From positions 32,001 through 96,000 of the IMG/VR virus record IMGVR_UViG_3300043423_000073: a stretch of DNA of 64,000 nucleotides; one strand, written 5' to 3'. A program made the translations under genes and the position numbers. Below the pieces are notes generated by a model. It did not search any database. It was not told the DNA's origin and was given only the letters and a program-made list of their open reading frames with translations. This document shows, in pieces, positions 36,753 to 46,433 of the stretch (position 1 is the stretch's first letter; each line of letters opens with the position of its first letter). This DNA is from a virus. Lineage: Duplodnaviria > Caudoviricetes.

Positions 36753-37741
36753 TTTGGCTTGGCTTGAGTTTGCGCAGCCAGAACGGCTTGCCGTAGCTGA
36801 TTGACCTTGAAAACCGGCATGTTGCCTGGGTCCCAGAGCTCGACGCCTTTTCTCTTCGCAGACTTTGAGGGTTCGGCACGATTACGGAATGCCCAGTAAG
36901 GACTGTCCTCATCGCAAAGGTCAAAAACTTCTGTGGTAAACATGCGCTTGAGTTGCGGGCGAATGTACTCAACTGCATTTTTGCCGGCGCAGTCACCGTC
37001 AAAGCAAAGAATGATTTTGTCCGCGCCAGAAAGATCAAGTATGATCGACTTGGTACGCGTCCAGGATTGAGTACCTAGGATTGCAATTGCAGGTATGCCT
37101 AATGAGAGCAACCGCAAAGCGTCTCTAGGGCCTTCAACCAACACCAGCGTCTTGATTTTAAGACTCCGCATTATTTTGACGGCGTAGTCAAAACCGAACA
37201 GGCCGTACTTTTCTGACCACTTGCCGGGCTTGTTGAGGTAGCTAGGTTTGTCTGCTTCCTTGCGAAGACGCGCCCGGACGTAGCCTCGTTCCTCCCTGTT
37301 GATTAGCACAGGTAGGTAAACAAACTTTGTGCCGTACTGCTCGACTAGCGACGCCCCAACTTTTTTAAGCAAGAGTGTGCTAATGCCTCGCCACTTCTTG
37401 CCCTCAGGCAGCGGCGTGTGCCTAAACACGTGGTCAACATTTTCGTCTTCTTGCAAAGGCCGAACAACTGGGCGGGCGTAGGCAACGCTGGGCTTGCTTT
37501 TCTCGTAAGGCTTTAGTCCGAGCTTCGGGGCAAACACATCCCACGGCTGCTTCTCTCCGCAGCCGTAACACTTGCCGTAACCGGGGCTGCCGGAAGAGGC
37601 AGAGTGAAAGATACGGAAGCTAGGTGTACGCTCGCCGTGAAATGGGCACAAGACAAAAGTGCTATCACTACCTGCGGGCTTTTTGATACCTGTGTAGCTA
37701 GCAAGCTCAGTAAGAACGTGGTCTAACCGTTTATGATTCAT
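36746..37741 (-). CDS. DnaG-type DNA primase (Zn finger + TOPRIM)
   Basis: CPFHGERTPSF...CYGC; LVEGPRD; CFDGD. Start moved to ATG 37741. Confidence 0.92.
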   Translation of the reverse strand: MNHKRLDHVLTELASYTGIKKPAGSDSTFVLCPFHGERTPSFRIFHSASSGSPGYGKCYGCGEKQPWDVFAPKLGLKPYEKSKPSVAYARPVVRPLQEDENVDHVFRHTPLPEGKKWRGISTLLLKKVGASLVEQYGTKFVYLPVLINREERGYVRARLRKEADKPSYLNKPGKWSEKYGLFGFDYAVKIMRSLKIKTLVLVEGPRDALRLLSLGIPAIAILGTQSWTRTKSIILDLSGADKIILCFDGDCAGKNAVEYIRPQLKRMFTTEVFDLCDEDSPYWAFRNRAEPSKSAKRKGVELWDPGNMPVFKVNQLRQAVLAAQTQAKPKL

Positions 37742-38553
37742 TGCAAGTAATGACAAAGTGTTTCTATGAAGGCGCTAATGCGCTCCTCTTCATGCTGTGC
37801 TATACTCCTCAGATATTCTAGGCGTAAGTGGCCCACCGCTTCTGTGTAGGCAATGTTCATGTCCGCGTCCAGCACCTCATCCCAGGCAGACGACTCTTTA
37901 AGAAGACGCTGTGCCCTATCGGCGTGGTCTGTGGCGTGGTCCGTGGCAATGAGGCAGTCGTAAAGGCGCGCCCTACACTCCTCACGAGTGCTTAACCTTG
38001 TGTCGTTGGCGTTTAGCAGTTCCGTTGCTAAAGGTGTAGTGAGGTACCCGAAGTTACCGAGTACTTTACGCGAATCCCCAGTGAACGCGTCTACGAGGGA
38101 AAGTCTGTATCCCTCTCCGGTGGCCAGTCGTTCCCAAATCTTGGAAGCGGCAGCTGTGTGCCTAGCCGATATAAGCTCGTACCCCCGCACGAGTGCTGCC
38201 TTATAGAAGGCGTAGGCAAAGCCCTTGCCGCGAACACTGGCGTCTAAGTAAACGTGCGGACAAACAAAGTCAGAGCCAAGTAGTCCGGCTTCTCGCGCCA
38301 GCATGCGCCCCTCCGCAAAATCAAAGATAAACCGGCCGACACACCGGCACAACTTGCCGTCCTGTGCGGCATATAGGTATATCTCGAGAGCCTCCCGCTT
38401 TCTGTATAGTTTAGCCGGTAGGCCGCACAAGGGTGGTAGATACCGCACAGGCGACACCAGCTTACCGAGGTCAGGTGGCGAGACGAACGCGTCCTTCTCG
38501 ATTGTGTTAAACGGCAGCGTGTGCGTTTGGTGTTGCGTTGTAGTTTTACCCAT
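37738..38553 (-). CDS. GNAT-like domain protein
   Basis: PHVYLDASVRGKGFAYAFY...HTAAASKIWERL, paralogous to the 23905 and 25626 ORFs. Confidence 0.7.
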   Translation of the reverse strand: MGKTTTQHQTHTLPFNTIEKDAFVSPPDLGKLVSPVRYLPPLCGLPAKLYRKREALEIYLYAAQDGKLCRCVGRFIFDFAEGRMLAREAGLLGSDFVCPHVYLDASVRGKGFAYAFYKAALVRGYELISARHTAAASKIWERLATGEGYRLSLVDAFTGDSRKVLGNFGYLTTPLATELLNANDTRLSTREECRARLYDCLIATDHATDHADRAQRLLKESSAWDEVLDADMNIAYTEAVGHLRLEYLRSIAQHEEERISAFIETLCHYLQ

Positions 38554-38650
38554 GAATAACTAACTCCTTGCGTTTTCAGTTAATGCCTGCCAGTTTTTTT
38601 GTACCACCACAGCAAGCTCGGTCAAATTCTAACCGTTTATGCTTCATGGT

Positions 38651-39235
38651 TTACGCTTCATGGTAGAGACGCGCCTCAAGGGCGTTGAACGCCAGGAGCT
38701 TTTCTTGCGCAGACCAGCGTTGCCACTTTGAGCTTATAGCCTCAGCTTGAACAAAGAAAAACTGACCGTTAGGACTAAACCTGTACGTGAGGAAGCGCAA
38801 GGGATTCGCGTCAAGAAAAGCTTTCACCGCGAAGGCCATGTCGCTGGTGTAGCTCACGAGGTATGCGGCTTTGCGATTACTGTCAAATAGCCCTAAGGTG
38901 TGCAGGCAGTAGCGACCACCGCCAAAGGCAAAAGATTTGTGGTCCTTGCCTAGGTTTACGATTAGGTATGGCAGGCTCGGCGGTAACTGTCTGAGCTTAT
39001 CCCGGTAGCGCTCTCCTGGCAGCGAGTCGATACCTGCTACGAAGGCCGAGGTCGTTGCTTCGCCAAAAACTTCCACTACCTTGTCACGAGCAGGCAGCAT
39101 GATGACTTCCCTAGGCTCAGTCACCAAGGCCTGCAACCGACCGATTGAATTGGAATTGGTGAGCAGCCACTGGTAATTGGAGGTCAAGGAAAGCGGCGGC
39201 GGGTTTACACCACCTAGCGTGTACGCAATTAACAT
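38651..39235 (-). CDS. hypothetical protein
   Basis: 194 aa in the replication operon. Confidence 0.7.
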   Translation of the reverse strand: MLIAYTLGGVNPPPLSLTSNYQWLLTNSNSIGRLQALVTEPREVIMLPARDKVVEVFGEATTSAFVAGIDSLPGERYRDKLRQLPPSLPYLIVNLGKDHKSFAFGGGRYCLHTLGLFDSNRKAAYLVSYTSDMAFAVKAFLDANPLRFLTYRFSPNGQFFFVQAEAISSKWQRWSAQEKLLAFNALEARLYHEA

Positions 39236-39522
39236 AGGGAACCTTTCGGCAGCGCCACAGGCTGAAAAGCAGCAGTTGATCCGCCATAGGCGTAAACAAG
39301 CTCTATTGGGTTGCGAGGATCAAGGCAGGACTGCAAGGACAGGCAAAACTGCTGCAGCGTTTTCTCTCGTAGCGAATCGAAGACCAACGTCGTTACGTAG
39401 ATAGGCTGGAACGCCTCATCCACAACAGCCAGTGTGTTATGTCGGTACTCCACGTAGAGCACGCCGTCTTCGATGGGGACGAGCACAGAGTTTTCACTTT
39501 GATAATGCGGCTCGGCAGGCAT
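39229..39522 (-). CDS. hypothetical protein
   Basis: 97 aa, RBS GGAG, overlaps the polymerase end. Confidence 0.65.
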   Translation of the reverse strand: MPAEPHYQSENSVLVPIEDGVLYVEYRHNTLAVVDEAFQPIYVTTLVFDSLREKTLQQFCLSLQSCLDPRNPIELVYAYGGSTAAFQPVALPKGSLC

Positions 39523-42490
39523 TTTTAAGCTCCTCTCCTAAATCTACACCCAGCAGCGGATATGTCTTGTTGAGGTACTCACGGACTGACTTGTCTTTCC
39601 AAGGCGCGTAAATCTTTTCCATAATGTCCTCGTAGGTTTCAGTAAGCAGGCCCTGCTCAATGCCATCCTTTACGGACTTTGCGATTATGTCGTTGAGGTT
39701 AGGCAACGACCAATCCCACTTGTAAGACTTTGTATCACGCACACCGACTTCGATTTCGATTTCTGGCTCAACTGTGAATTTAAACCCGAACACCTTTTCG
39801 TACTCGCGTGCTACTCCGTAGGTTGTCGCCCATTGCAGCAAATGGATGAAAGGCAGGACCATCTCATACGGCACAGTGTAATAGCTCGCGTCATGCACGA
39901 TACGGTTCATGGTAAACTTTGTCTTCTTCACACCCAGCATCTTCTTCATGCGAGGGACTAAGGAGGCGTAGAACCGAACAGCAACTAAGCGCGCAGCCTT
40001 GACCGCAATCTCAGACGCAAAGCCTTGAATAGGCGCGTTCATACCTTGCCGCACCTGCCTGCGAACAATACGCTTGTCTTTGGTCATACCTGCGAAGAGG
40101 TGACGAATACGACCAATGGGGCTGTAGACGTAAAGCTTCTCTGTTGCCAACTTTTGCATTTTCTGCATCCAAGCGTGGCCCCGAGGAAACTCTTTAAACA
40201 TTTTGTCAATAATGCCTTGAGCGTACTCAGTTCTGTCTTCGTCAAGCAACTGCTGAAACTGCTCTTCAAGCGCAGGGAGGTCAGGTGACTTGGCTTTATA
40301 GGCCGCGCCAATCTTGGCCTTCAACTCATCAAGCTGGGCCTTCTTAGTGTCCTGCCCTAAGGTTTCTGGCGACTTGCCGTAGATGAGACCAAAGACAATT
40401 GCCTTGATCGCGTCACGCAAAGGGTCCGACTTCTCCACCCACTTCTGAAAGAATCGGTAAACGTTCTGAATGTGCAAGTCGCCTTTCTTCTTCATCTCCT
40501 GCATAATTTCTGGCGTAGGATTCTTAATCCAAAGCTGCCGTAACCTTTGACCTTCCTTAAAGGCATTGGCTAGATTTGTGTCGCCAGAGACAATCGACCA
40601 GCCACGTACCTCGTGTGCTGAATAGTCATATCGAATCTGCAGATGTCCGTCCACAGTTGAGAACATTTCCTTAATGATCTTTGCGAGCTTTCCTCGACTA
40701 GGAATGTTCTGAAAGTTTGGGTCTGCCGAGGCCAGTCTACCTGTGGCCACAGGGTAGTACATGAAGTCCGCCCGAAGGTGGTCATCAACGAGTGCGTCCG
40801 GGTCTGACTTGAGTCGCTTGTACCAACCTTTCAGGTAAGTGCTTACAAGCTTGGTAGCCTCCTGGTAATCACCAAAGAGCTGGACCAAGTAGTTGCGATC
40901 CTTGTAGTGGGCAACAAACGCCTTGTCCACCGCAGGCGCACCCGACTCTGTCTTGCTGATAGGTTTGAGGCCCATCACATTGAAAAATAGCAACGCCTTG
41001 TGTGCTGGCTTGGTAAGTGAGAAAACCCACTGCGACTCCGTTGCCTTTGAACCAAAAAGACCTTTTGCCTTTAACCCGCTGTCATCTAGGAGCAAGGCGT
41101 TTGCCTGACGCACGTGAGGAAGATCGCGAAACTCGGCAGTCAATTCTGTAATGGTCTTAGCCAGCGTTGAGTCTGCTTTAAGCTGGGCTCGTAGGTAAGC
41201 AACGTCAAGATGCGAGCCGCCATCCTTGAGATGCGAAAGCACATGCTCAGTGTCCGACATTTGGTTGAGCATGAACCGTTCGTAGTAAGGGCGGTAGGGC
41301 TTGCCATTCAGCTCCTGCTTCTCCGCGCGTAAGAGTTGTTGTGCCTTGATCTGCAACAGACAAACAACGTCCACGGCCATGTAGGTCAGTGCGTTTTTGT
41401 CTGTGAGCGAGGTCTGCCCAATGCTACCTCTGTCCTCTTTCTTAAACTCCGCTGTGAGATAATGGTCATTGCCGTAGGAGGCAAGAAGGTTGGCAAGGCC
41501 GCGCTGGCTCCGTTGAAAGCTCACAAGGTCGTTGACGTTCTCGTCTAACGCGTGCTCACCAGCGCCTACGTCCCACACCTTGTGGTAGATAACAGGGAGG
41601 TTAAGCGCATTACGGGTTACCCGCAGGTCAAAGGCGCCGTTAAGGGTTAACAGTACCTTGTCTTTTTCTCGCATAAAGTCGCGAAGGCCGCGCTTAATGA
41701 TGCTCCGCTCTTCCTGCGAGAACGGATTGCTTTCATGTGGGTGATCTATAGGTAACACGTAGCCAACCGTGGGATCTGTGTCTAGGCAGAACTGTGCTGT
41801 GTAGATGGGATTTGCGTGGATGCTGAGGCTGCGCGTCTCAGTATCAAAGCCTAGCTCATTAGCCGCATACATGCGCTCAAGCAAAGTGTCAAATTTTTTG
41901 ATCGAGTTGACAAGCTTAGGCACCACAACCATGTTGCTAAGGTCGTGTGGGTGCTTGCCTAGATGCAAGTTGGCCAAATGGCGAGTGAAGAGGCCGAGTA
42001 AGTTGGCGCTCGAACCTTTGGCCTCGATCAGGCGCGCATAGTCGAGGCTGGAAGTGACTTTGCGATTCTCTATCGTGTGGACCCACCCGTCCTTGAGCCG
42101 CGCATTGTCAACTTGGTAGAGGAGGTTAAGGTCGCCAGCGAAGAAGATGTGCGTGGGGTCAAGCGTCTGTATAATCTTCAACATGCGCGTCTTGAACTCG
42201 GACTCAGCTGCGGCAAAGCTATGGCCCTTAAGATGCAGGTGGCGCTTGTCGTTAAAGTTGGTGACAGCGTAGGCAAAGGATGGGCGCCCGCCGTATTTGT
42301 CTGCGTGATCCTGTGCGTAGCGCAGCACGTTAGGCCAAGCCGGACCGGAGGCTATTACCTCGCTCTCAAGGTCTTCGGTAGGAACACTCTGCAAGATAAT
42401 GAGCATTCGCTGCTTGGCATTTTCCCAGCGTGGATCGATCTGTGACTTCACGTTGAAGCCTAGACTGGGAACAATAAAACGATTTATCAC
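39494..42490 (-). CDS. family A DNA polymerase with 3'-5' exonuclease and N-terminal accessory domain
   Basis: GFDTET, NGAFD, YMAVD (exonuclease); TGRLAS...NFQNIP, DYSAHEVR (A), KAIVFGLIYG (B), VHDA (C). Confidence 0.95.
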   Translation of the reverse strand: MINRFIVPSLGFNVKSQIDPRWENAKQRMLIILQSVPTEDLESEVIASGPAWPNVLRYAQDHADKYGGRPSFAYAVTNFNDKRHLHLKGHSFAAAESEFKTRMLKIIQTLDPTHIFFAGDLNLLYQVDNARLKDGWVHTIENRKVTSSLDYARLIEAKGSSANLLGLFTRHLANLHLGKHPHDLSNMVVVPKLVNSIKKFDTLLERMYAANELGFDTETRSLSIHANPIYTAQFCLDTDPTVGYVLPIDHPHESNPFSQEERSIIKRGLRDFMREKDKVLLTLNGAFDLRVTRNALNLPVIYHKVWDVGAGEHALDENVNDLVSFQRSQRGLANLLASYGNDHYLTAEFKKEDRGSIGQTSLTDKNALTYMAVDVVCLLQIKAQQLLRAEKQELNGKPYRPYYERFMLNQMSDTEHVLSHLKDGGSHLDVAYLRAQLKADSTLAKTITELTAEFRDLPHVRQANALLLDDSGLKAKGLFGSKATESQWVFSLTKPAHKALLFFNVMGLKPISKTESGAPAVDKAFVAHYKDRNYLVQLFGDYQEATKLVSTYLKGWYKRLKSDPDALVDDHLRADFMYYPVATGRLASADPNFQNIPSRGKLAKIIKEMFSTVDGHLQIRYDYSAHEVRGWSIVSGDTNLANAFKEGQRLRQLWIKNPTPEIMQEMKKKGDLHIQNVYRFFQKWVEKSDPLRDAIKAIVFGLIYGKSPETLGQDTKKAQLDELKAKIGAAYKAKSPDLPALEEQFQQLLDEDRTEYAQGIIDKMFKEFPRGHAWMQKMQKLATEKLYVYSPIGRIRHLFAGMTKDKRIVRRQVRQGMNAPIQGFASEIAVKAARLVAVRFYASLVPRMKKMLGVKKTKFTMNRIVHDASYYTVPYEMVLPFIHLLQWATTYGVAREYEKVFGFKFTVEPEIEIEVGVRDTKSYKWDWSLPNLNDIIAKSVKDGIEQGLLTETYEDIMEKIYAPWKDKSVREYLNKTYPLLGVDLGEELKNACRAALSK

Positions 42491-42705
42491 TTTTGAACCT
42501 CTTGGGCAATTTGTTTGTGGACTTTCACTGTGTCGTACTTTGGGGCGTCCACTAGAGCTTCAAACTCTTCTGTGGTCAGATCCTCTGCTGTGTATTTACA
42601 GTGATGTGTCTTTCTGTGCTGCCACATGCAGCCGCCTTGTTTCAGTGGACAGACGCTGATAAGCAACTCGGCATTGATAGCGACGCAGTAAGTCATCGCA
42701 GGCAC
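42487..42705 (-). CDS. small Cys-rich hypothetical protein
   Basis: 72 aa overlapping the polymerase start. Confidence 0.55.
   Translation of the reverse strand: MPAMTYCVAINAELLISVCPLKQGGCMWQHRKTHHCKYTAEDLTTEEFEALVDAPKYDTVKVHKQIAQEVQK
42593..42602 (-). promoter_or_regulatory. putative middle promoter ACTGTAAATA
   Basis: About 100 nt upstream of the polymerase. Confidence 0.55.
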
Positions 42706-43040
42706 CTCTCAGGCACAGGTAACTCAAGTCCTTGAATGGCCTTGAGAATTAACTCGTCCTTCTTTTTGGGGTCAGCCGCGATTAGTGCTTCGAGAAGAGT
42801 GTGCGTCGTATCGTCTTGCACATTAGCAAGAGAACGGAAAAAGTGAGTTTTTAGCTTTGCCGCCTTAGCAGCGTCAGTCATCTCTTTGCGAAACAGAGGG
42901 CGTAGTGAAGCAAAGAATGGAGACGTGTGTTGCGTTGTCTCAAAGTAGCCGGCAGTGACCGACCAGGCAATATGGGCTTCAACGTCGGCAGGGTCCGGCT
43001 CAAAATCTTTTCCTGGTCGGTGTTTGATCTGTCTTGTCAT
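42693..43040 (-). CDS. hypothetical protein
   Basis: 115 aa, coupled to the upstream nuclease. Confidence 0.7.
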   Translation of the reverse strand: MTRQIKHRPGKDFEPDPADVEAHIAWSVTAGYFETTQHTSPFFASLRPLFRKEMTDAAKAAKLKTHFFRSLANVQDDTTHTLLEALIAADPKKKDELILKAIQGLELPVPERCLR

Positions 43041-44026
43041 TGAAAGAGCTCCTTACGTTTTGACAAAATTTTGTCGGATAGCTCAGGGAACTGCTGTGCG
43101 GCCCAAGACTCAAAGAATGAACTGAGGTCAAACTCAATCGCCGACCCTCCGCCATCTTGCACGTCATGTAGTGCTTGCCGTGATTCCTCTTCGTCCGCTA
43201 CAAACCTTAACCTGGCATAATGCTTGAGCAGGTCGGGGCTTCCCTTAAAAGTTGGGTAAACCAAAGCGCGTACAAGCTCGCCAGGCTTAGGCGCAACAAA
43301 GTCTTTTTCGGTTCGCAGAATGACTGTGCGCAAAACATATTTTGGCTTGAGGGGCACGTAGCGTACGTCCCATCCGTCCTCGGAGAATGTGGCCTCGGCA
43401 AAGTACTGGCCCTCTTTAATTCCAAAGGAGGTTTGGTAAGGGGAGCCGGGTATGTAAGTGTTTCTCACCGTTTGGTTAGTGTGCAGATGACCGTTGATAA
43501 TGACGGCCTCGGACTTAGCGCCGTCTTTGGTTTCGAGTCCGTTGTCCTGCCTCGCCCCTGCCATATCGACGTGACTAAAGTTCAATCGGCTTTTGCTGAA
43601 CTTGGTATGAGGCCACGGGAGAAAGCGAACAGGCGCGCCATCAAGCTCTGCGTCGGTGACCTGCTCATAAATTTTCACGTTCCTCCTTGCGTAGCGTACC
43701 AACTCTAGGGAGTGACCGAACTCAGCCTCCGGGGATTCGAGATCGTGATTGCCTAGGATGACGTGGAACTGAAAAGGCTCTTTCAGAATACGCATGAGCT
43801 GGTGATGCGCTTGGTAGGAAAGACGAGTACCATCACTCACGTCGCCAAGCAGCACAACGTGCTCGATGCGGTGCTTGCTCGCGTAGGACAGGCACTGGTC
43901 AATAACAAGATCGGCAACGAATTTGTCATGATAGCCTATCAGCGAGGACAGGCCGCCGCGCACGTCTTTGCCATCTCTCCCTGTGGGCGCGGTTAAATGC
44001 AGATCACCTATTGCTATGAGTTTCAT
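43037..44026 (-). CDS. SbcD/Mre11-like recombination nuclease
   Basis: GDLH, LGD, GNHD, SH, GHLH, GSPYQ..FG. Confidence 0.88.
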   Translation of the reverse strand: MKLIAIGDLHLTAPTGRDGKDVRGGLSSLIGYHDKFVADLVIDQCLSYASKHRIEHVVLLGDVSDGTRLSYQAHHQLMRILKEPFQFHVILGNHDLESPEAEFGHSLELVRYARRNVKIYEQVTDAELDGAPVRFLPWPHTKFSKSRLNFSHVDMAGARQDNGLETKDGAKSEAVIINGHLHTNQTVRNTYIPGSPYQTSFGIKEGQYFAEATFSEDGWDVRYVPLKPKYVLRTVILRTEKDFVAPKPGELVRALVYPTFKGSPDLLKHYARLRFVADEEESRQALHDVQDGGGSAIEFDLSSFFESWAAQQFPELSDKILSKRKELFQ

Positions 44027-44048
44027 TCACATCTCTCCTATGGAATAC

Positions 44049-44134
44049 ATTTACAGTTTGAGGGGTCAGACGTACGGGCGGGGAGGGTGTAGGGAAGGGT
44101 GTAGGGAAGGGAGGGCAAGGTAAAATGTAAATAG
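44049..44134. promoter_or_regulatory. divergent promoter region (two TGTAAAT motifs) around a G-tract array
   Basis: ACTGTAAAT on minus at 44049-44057 and ATGTAAATA on plus near 44125; eight GGG tracts at 44076-44115; gene direction switches here. Confidence 0.6.
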
Positions 44135-44156
44135 AATTTTTACGAAAGAACATGCC

Positions 44157-46433
44157 ATGATTGAATTTCCAAAAGGCGGTGAAGGTCGCCGCTTTGGGTA
44201 CATTGATGCTATGCCCGGGTCAGGCAAAACCGAATTGTTTGTTAGCGAGGCCGGGTATGCAGTTACGAGAAATCGCGAACGCCTTGTGCTCCACATCTAC
44301 GCTGCCCCCACTGTCCAACTCTTGGTCGAAACCTACAACCGCCTCATCCTTAACGCCAAGGCTCGGCGCCCAAAGACCTACCGAAAGTTTATCAAGGAGA
44401 CAACTCTCTTGGTGACGATGACTGACTGTGAGTCGCTAGAAGGCTTGATGGAAGAAGCTAACTACTCGATCGAACCTCCTGTCAACGCACTCCACGTTGC
44501 TATGGGCGTAGACTCGATTGAAACGTATGAGAGCTTGCCGCTACCACGTGGGGCCAAACGGAGCATCTTGGATTATGCGCCACCTGATTCCGGGTTCATA
44601 ACGCGCCGCCGCATCGTGGTTCTATTTGTGACCCATGAAGCCTTGCTGCGGGTAAGAAAAGAAAAAGCGTGCCCTGACCGCGTAAAGAACTTTCTGAAAC
44701 GCACAATGGTTTGGTTTGACGAGGCGCGTCAATGCTTTGCTCAAGGCCTAGAGATCTCAAAGGAGCAAATGTCCGAGGAGCAAATCCAAAAAATGTACGC
44801 ATGTGTTGAGATTGGCAACGAAGTTACACCGATCGACGCGGAAGAGGTCGTGGTCGGCAACAAGACGCGAGAAGTAGGTTTCTTCCCGGTCACAGGCATG
44901 TTGAACCACAAGGCAATTCTCGAAAAGTTTGGAGCGCGGCGCGACAAAGATTTACCACCGCCCGCAAAAAGATTCTTTGAGATGCTGAAAAAGAATTGCA
45001 GCGCAGGCCGGTCTGTGGTCTTCGTGCGCCTTCCTTACTACCTAAGCAAAGAGGTACCTGTGCCCATAATCACCGGTGAGGTTGAGACGTTTGTGGCCAC
45101 ACGCCCCACTGATCTGTTTCAAGGCTACGGCTCTGTGGTGCTACTGTCGGCAATGTTTCGTGATTCGCAAATGTACCACATACTCACAGAGAACAGGAAG
45201 CACACAATGTACAACCTGCTTGCCTATGTGGACGAGAGCCCTGACCACACAACCATAAGCGACTACTTGCTAGGCGGTGGTCTCGAAGTAAGAAAGCCTT
45301 TACGCGAGATCAAGAAGCGCAGCGTGAAGCAAAGTGCCTTGATCGCAGAACGCCTGCGCTACATTGCATTAACCGCCACCGGCAACTTGTTAAGCCGCAA
45401 CTTCCTCAACAACTCGGTGTTGGTACCACGTGAGCTTGAAGAGCAGTTTGCCTACGTAGCTTCCAAGTTGCCTAACGCCAAGCGCATACCTAGGCATGAA
45501 ATGATTACGCGCATAGCCGCAGGTGAGGACCCGGTCGGCGACAAAGACTTGTGCCGGGCCTTGCAGCAGTACATGGTGCCGCCCCTCTGGGTAGCAATGC
45601 GAAAGGCCGCGCAGGTTTTACGCGAAGAAGGTTGTAATGAGACCTTGCTGTTCATAAACAGTCTGGAAAGCCACGTCGCAGGACGCTTGTGGTTAGGCTC
45701 GGTTGACTATCTCGGGGCCGTCCGTAACCCACAAAAGTTTTTACACCTTGAGGACGAACACTTAGTGAAAGGTGACGAAGGTACCCGCCAGCATCCGTAT
45801 GTGCGTAAATGGTTAGCGTGGTTAGAAAAAGCAGTACACGAGAAAAAGTTCTTCACTGTGCCAAAGACCACCTCGGTGCGCGGACTCAACACCTACAAGG
45901 ACTATGTCGGCTACATTCATCTGGCCGCACTAAACCAAACACCCGTCATGTACGAGTTTTGCAAGACGGTCATACCGCGCTACGACGTGGATCTCGATAA
46001 CGTCATCGACAACATTATGCAGACGCTGTACAGAACAAACTTGCGTGACCCGGATAGCAGCAAGAGAGTCTACATGGTGTTGCACAGCCAGGAGGCAGTG
46101 TTCAAGCTGAGTGAGAAGATTGGGCAGACGATACGCCCCTTGAGAAAAGAGCAGGCACCTATGGCCCAGCTCAACTACCGCGGAGAGCCTCGCCTCACTG
46201 AGGCCGGGCGTGAAGGTCGCAGGTCGGGTGGAAGGATTGGAGGGAAAATTGGCGGGCTTAGGCGTAGAAAATACCTTCCGGAGGACGCGAAGATCGTCCA
46301 GACCATGCAAATGCGATTGTCCCGAGGCAAAAAGCGCGGCGAAGACTTGAGCAAACTTGAGGCTGCACTTGAGGCTTTCAAAACCAAGGCCACAAAAAGA
46401 TATAAGGCGTCGCTAGGAGAACAGCATGAGTGA
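44157..46433 (+). CDS. SF2 helicase-like protein (putative origin-binding protein)
   Basis: AMPGSGKT (Walker A), YAAPT, FVTHE, WFDEA, LLSA, RGLNTY, QTLYRTNLR; basic C-terminal domain. Confidence 0.7.
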   Translation: MIEFPKGGEGRRFGYIDAMPGSGKTELFVSEAGYAVTRNRERLVLHIYAAPTVQLLVETYNRLILNAKARRPKTYRKFIKETTLLVTMTDCESLEGLMEEANYSIEPPVNALHVAMGVDSIETYESLPLPRGAKRSILDYAPPDSGFITRRRIVVLFVTHEALLRVRKEKACPDRVKNFLKRTMVWFDEARQCFAQGLEISKEQMSEEQIQKMYACVEIGNEVTPIDAEEVVVGNKTREVGFFPVTGMLNHKAILEKFGARRDKDLPPPAKRFFEMLKKNCSAGRSVVFVRLPYYLSKEVPVPIITGEVETFVATRPTDLFQGYGSVVLLSAMFRDSQMYHILTENRKHTMYNLLAYVDESPDHTTISDYLLGGGLEVRKPLREIKKRSVKQSALIAERLRYIALTATGNLLSRNFLNNSVLVPRELEEQFAYVASKLPNAKRIPRHEMITRIAAGEDPVGDKDLCRALQQYMVPPLWVAMRKAAQVLREEGCNETLLFINSLESHVAGRLWLGSVDYLGAVRNPQKFLHLEDEHLVKGDEGTRQHPYVRKWLAWLEKAVHEKKFFTVPKTTSVRGLNTYKDYVGYIHLAALNQTPVMYEFCKTVIPRYDVDLDNVIDNIMQTLYRTNLRDPDSSKRVYMVLHSQEAVFKLSEKIGQTIRPLRKEQAPMAQLNYRGEPRLTEAGREGRRSGGRIGGKIGGLRRRKYLPEDAKIVQTMQMRLSRGKKRGEDLSKLEAALEAFKTKATKRYKASLGEQHE

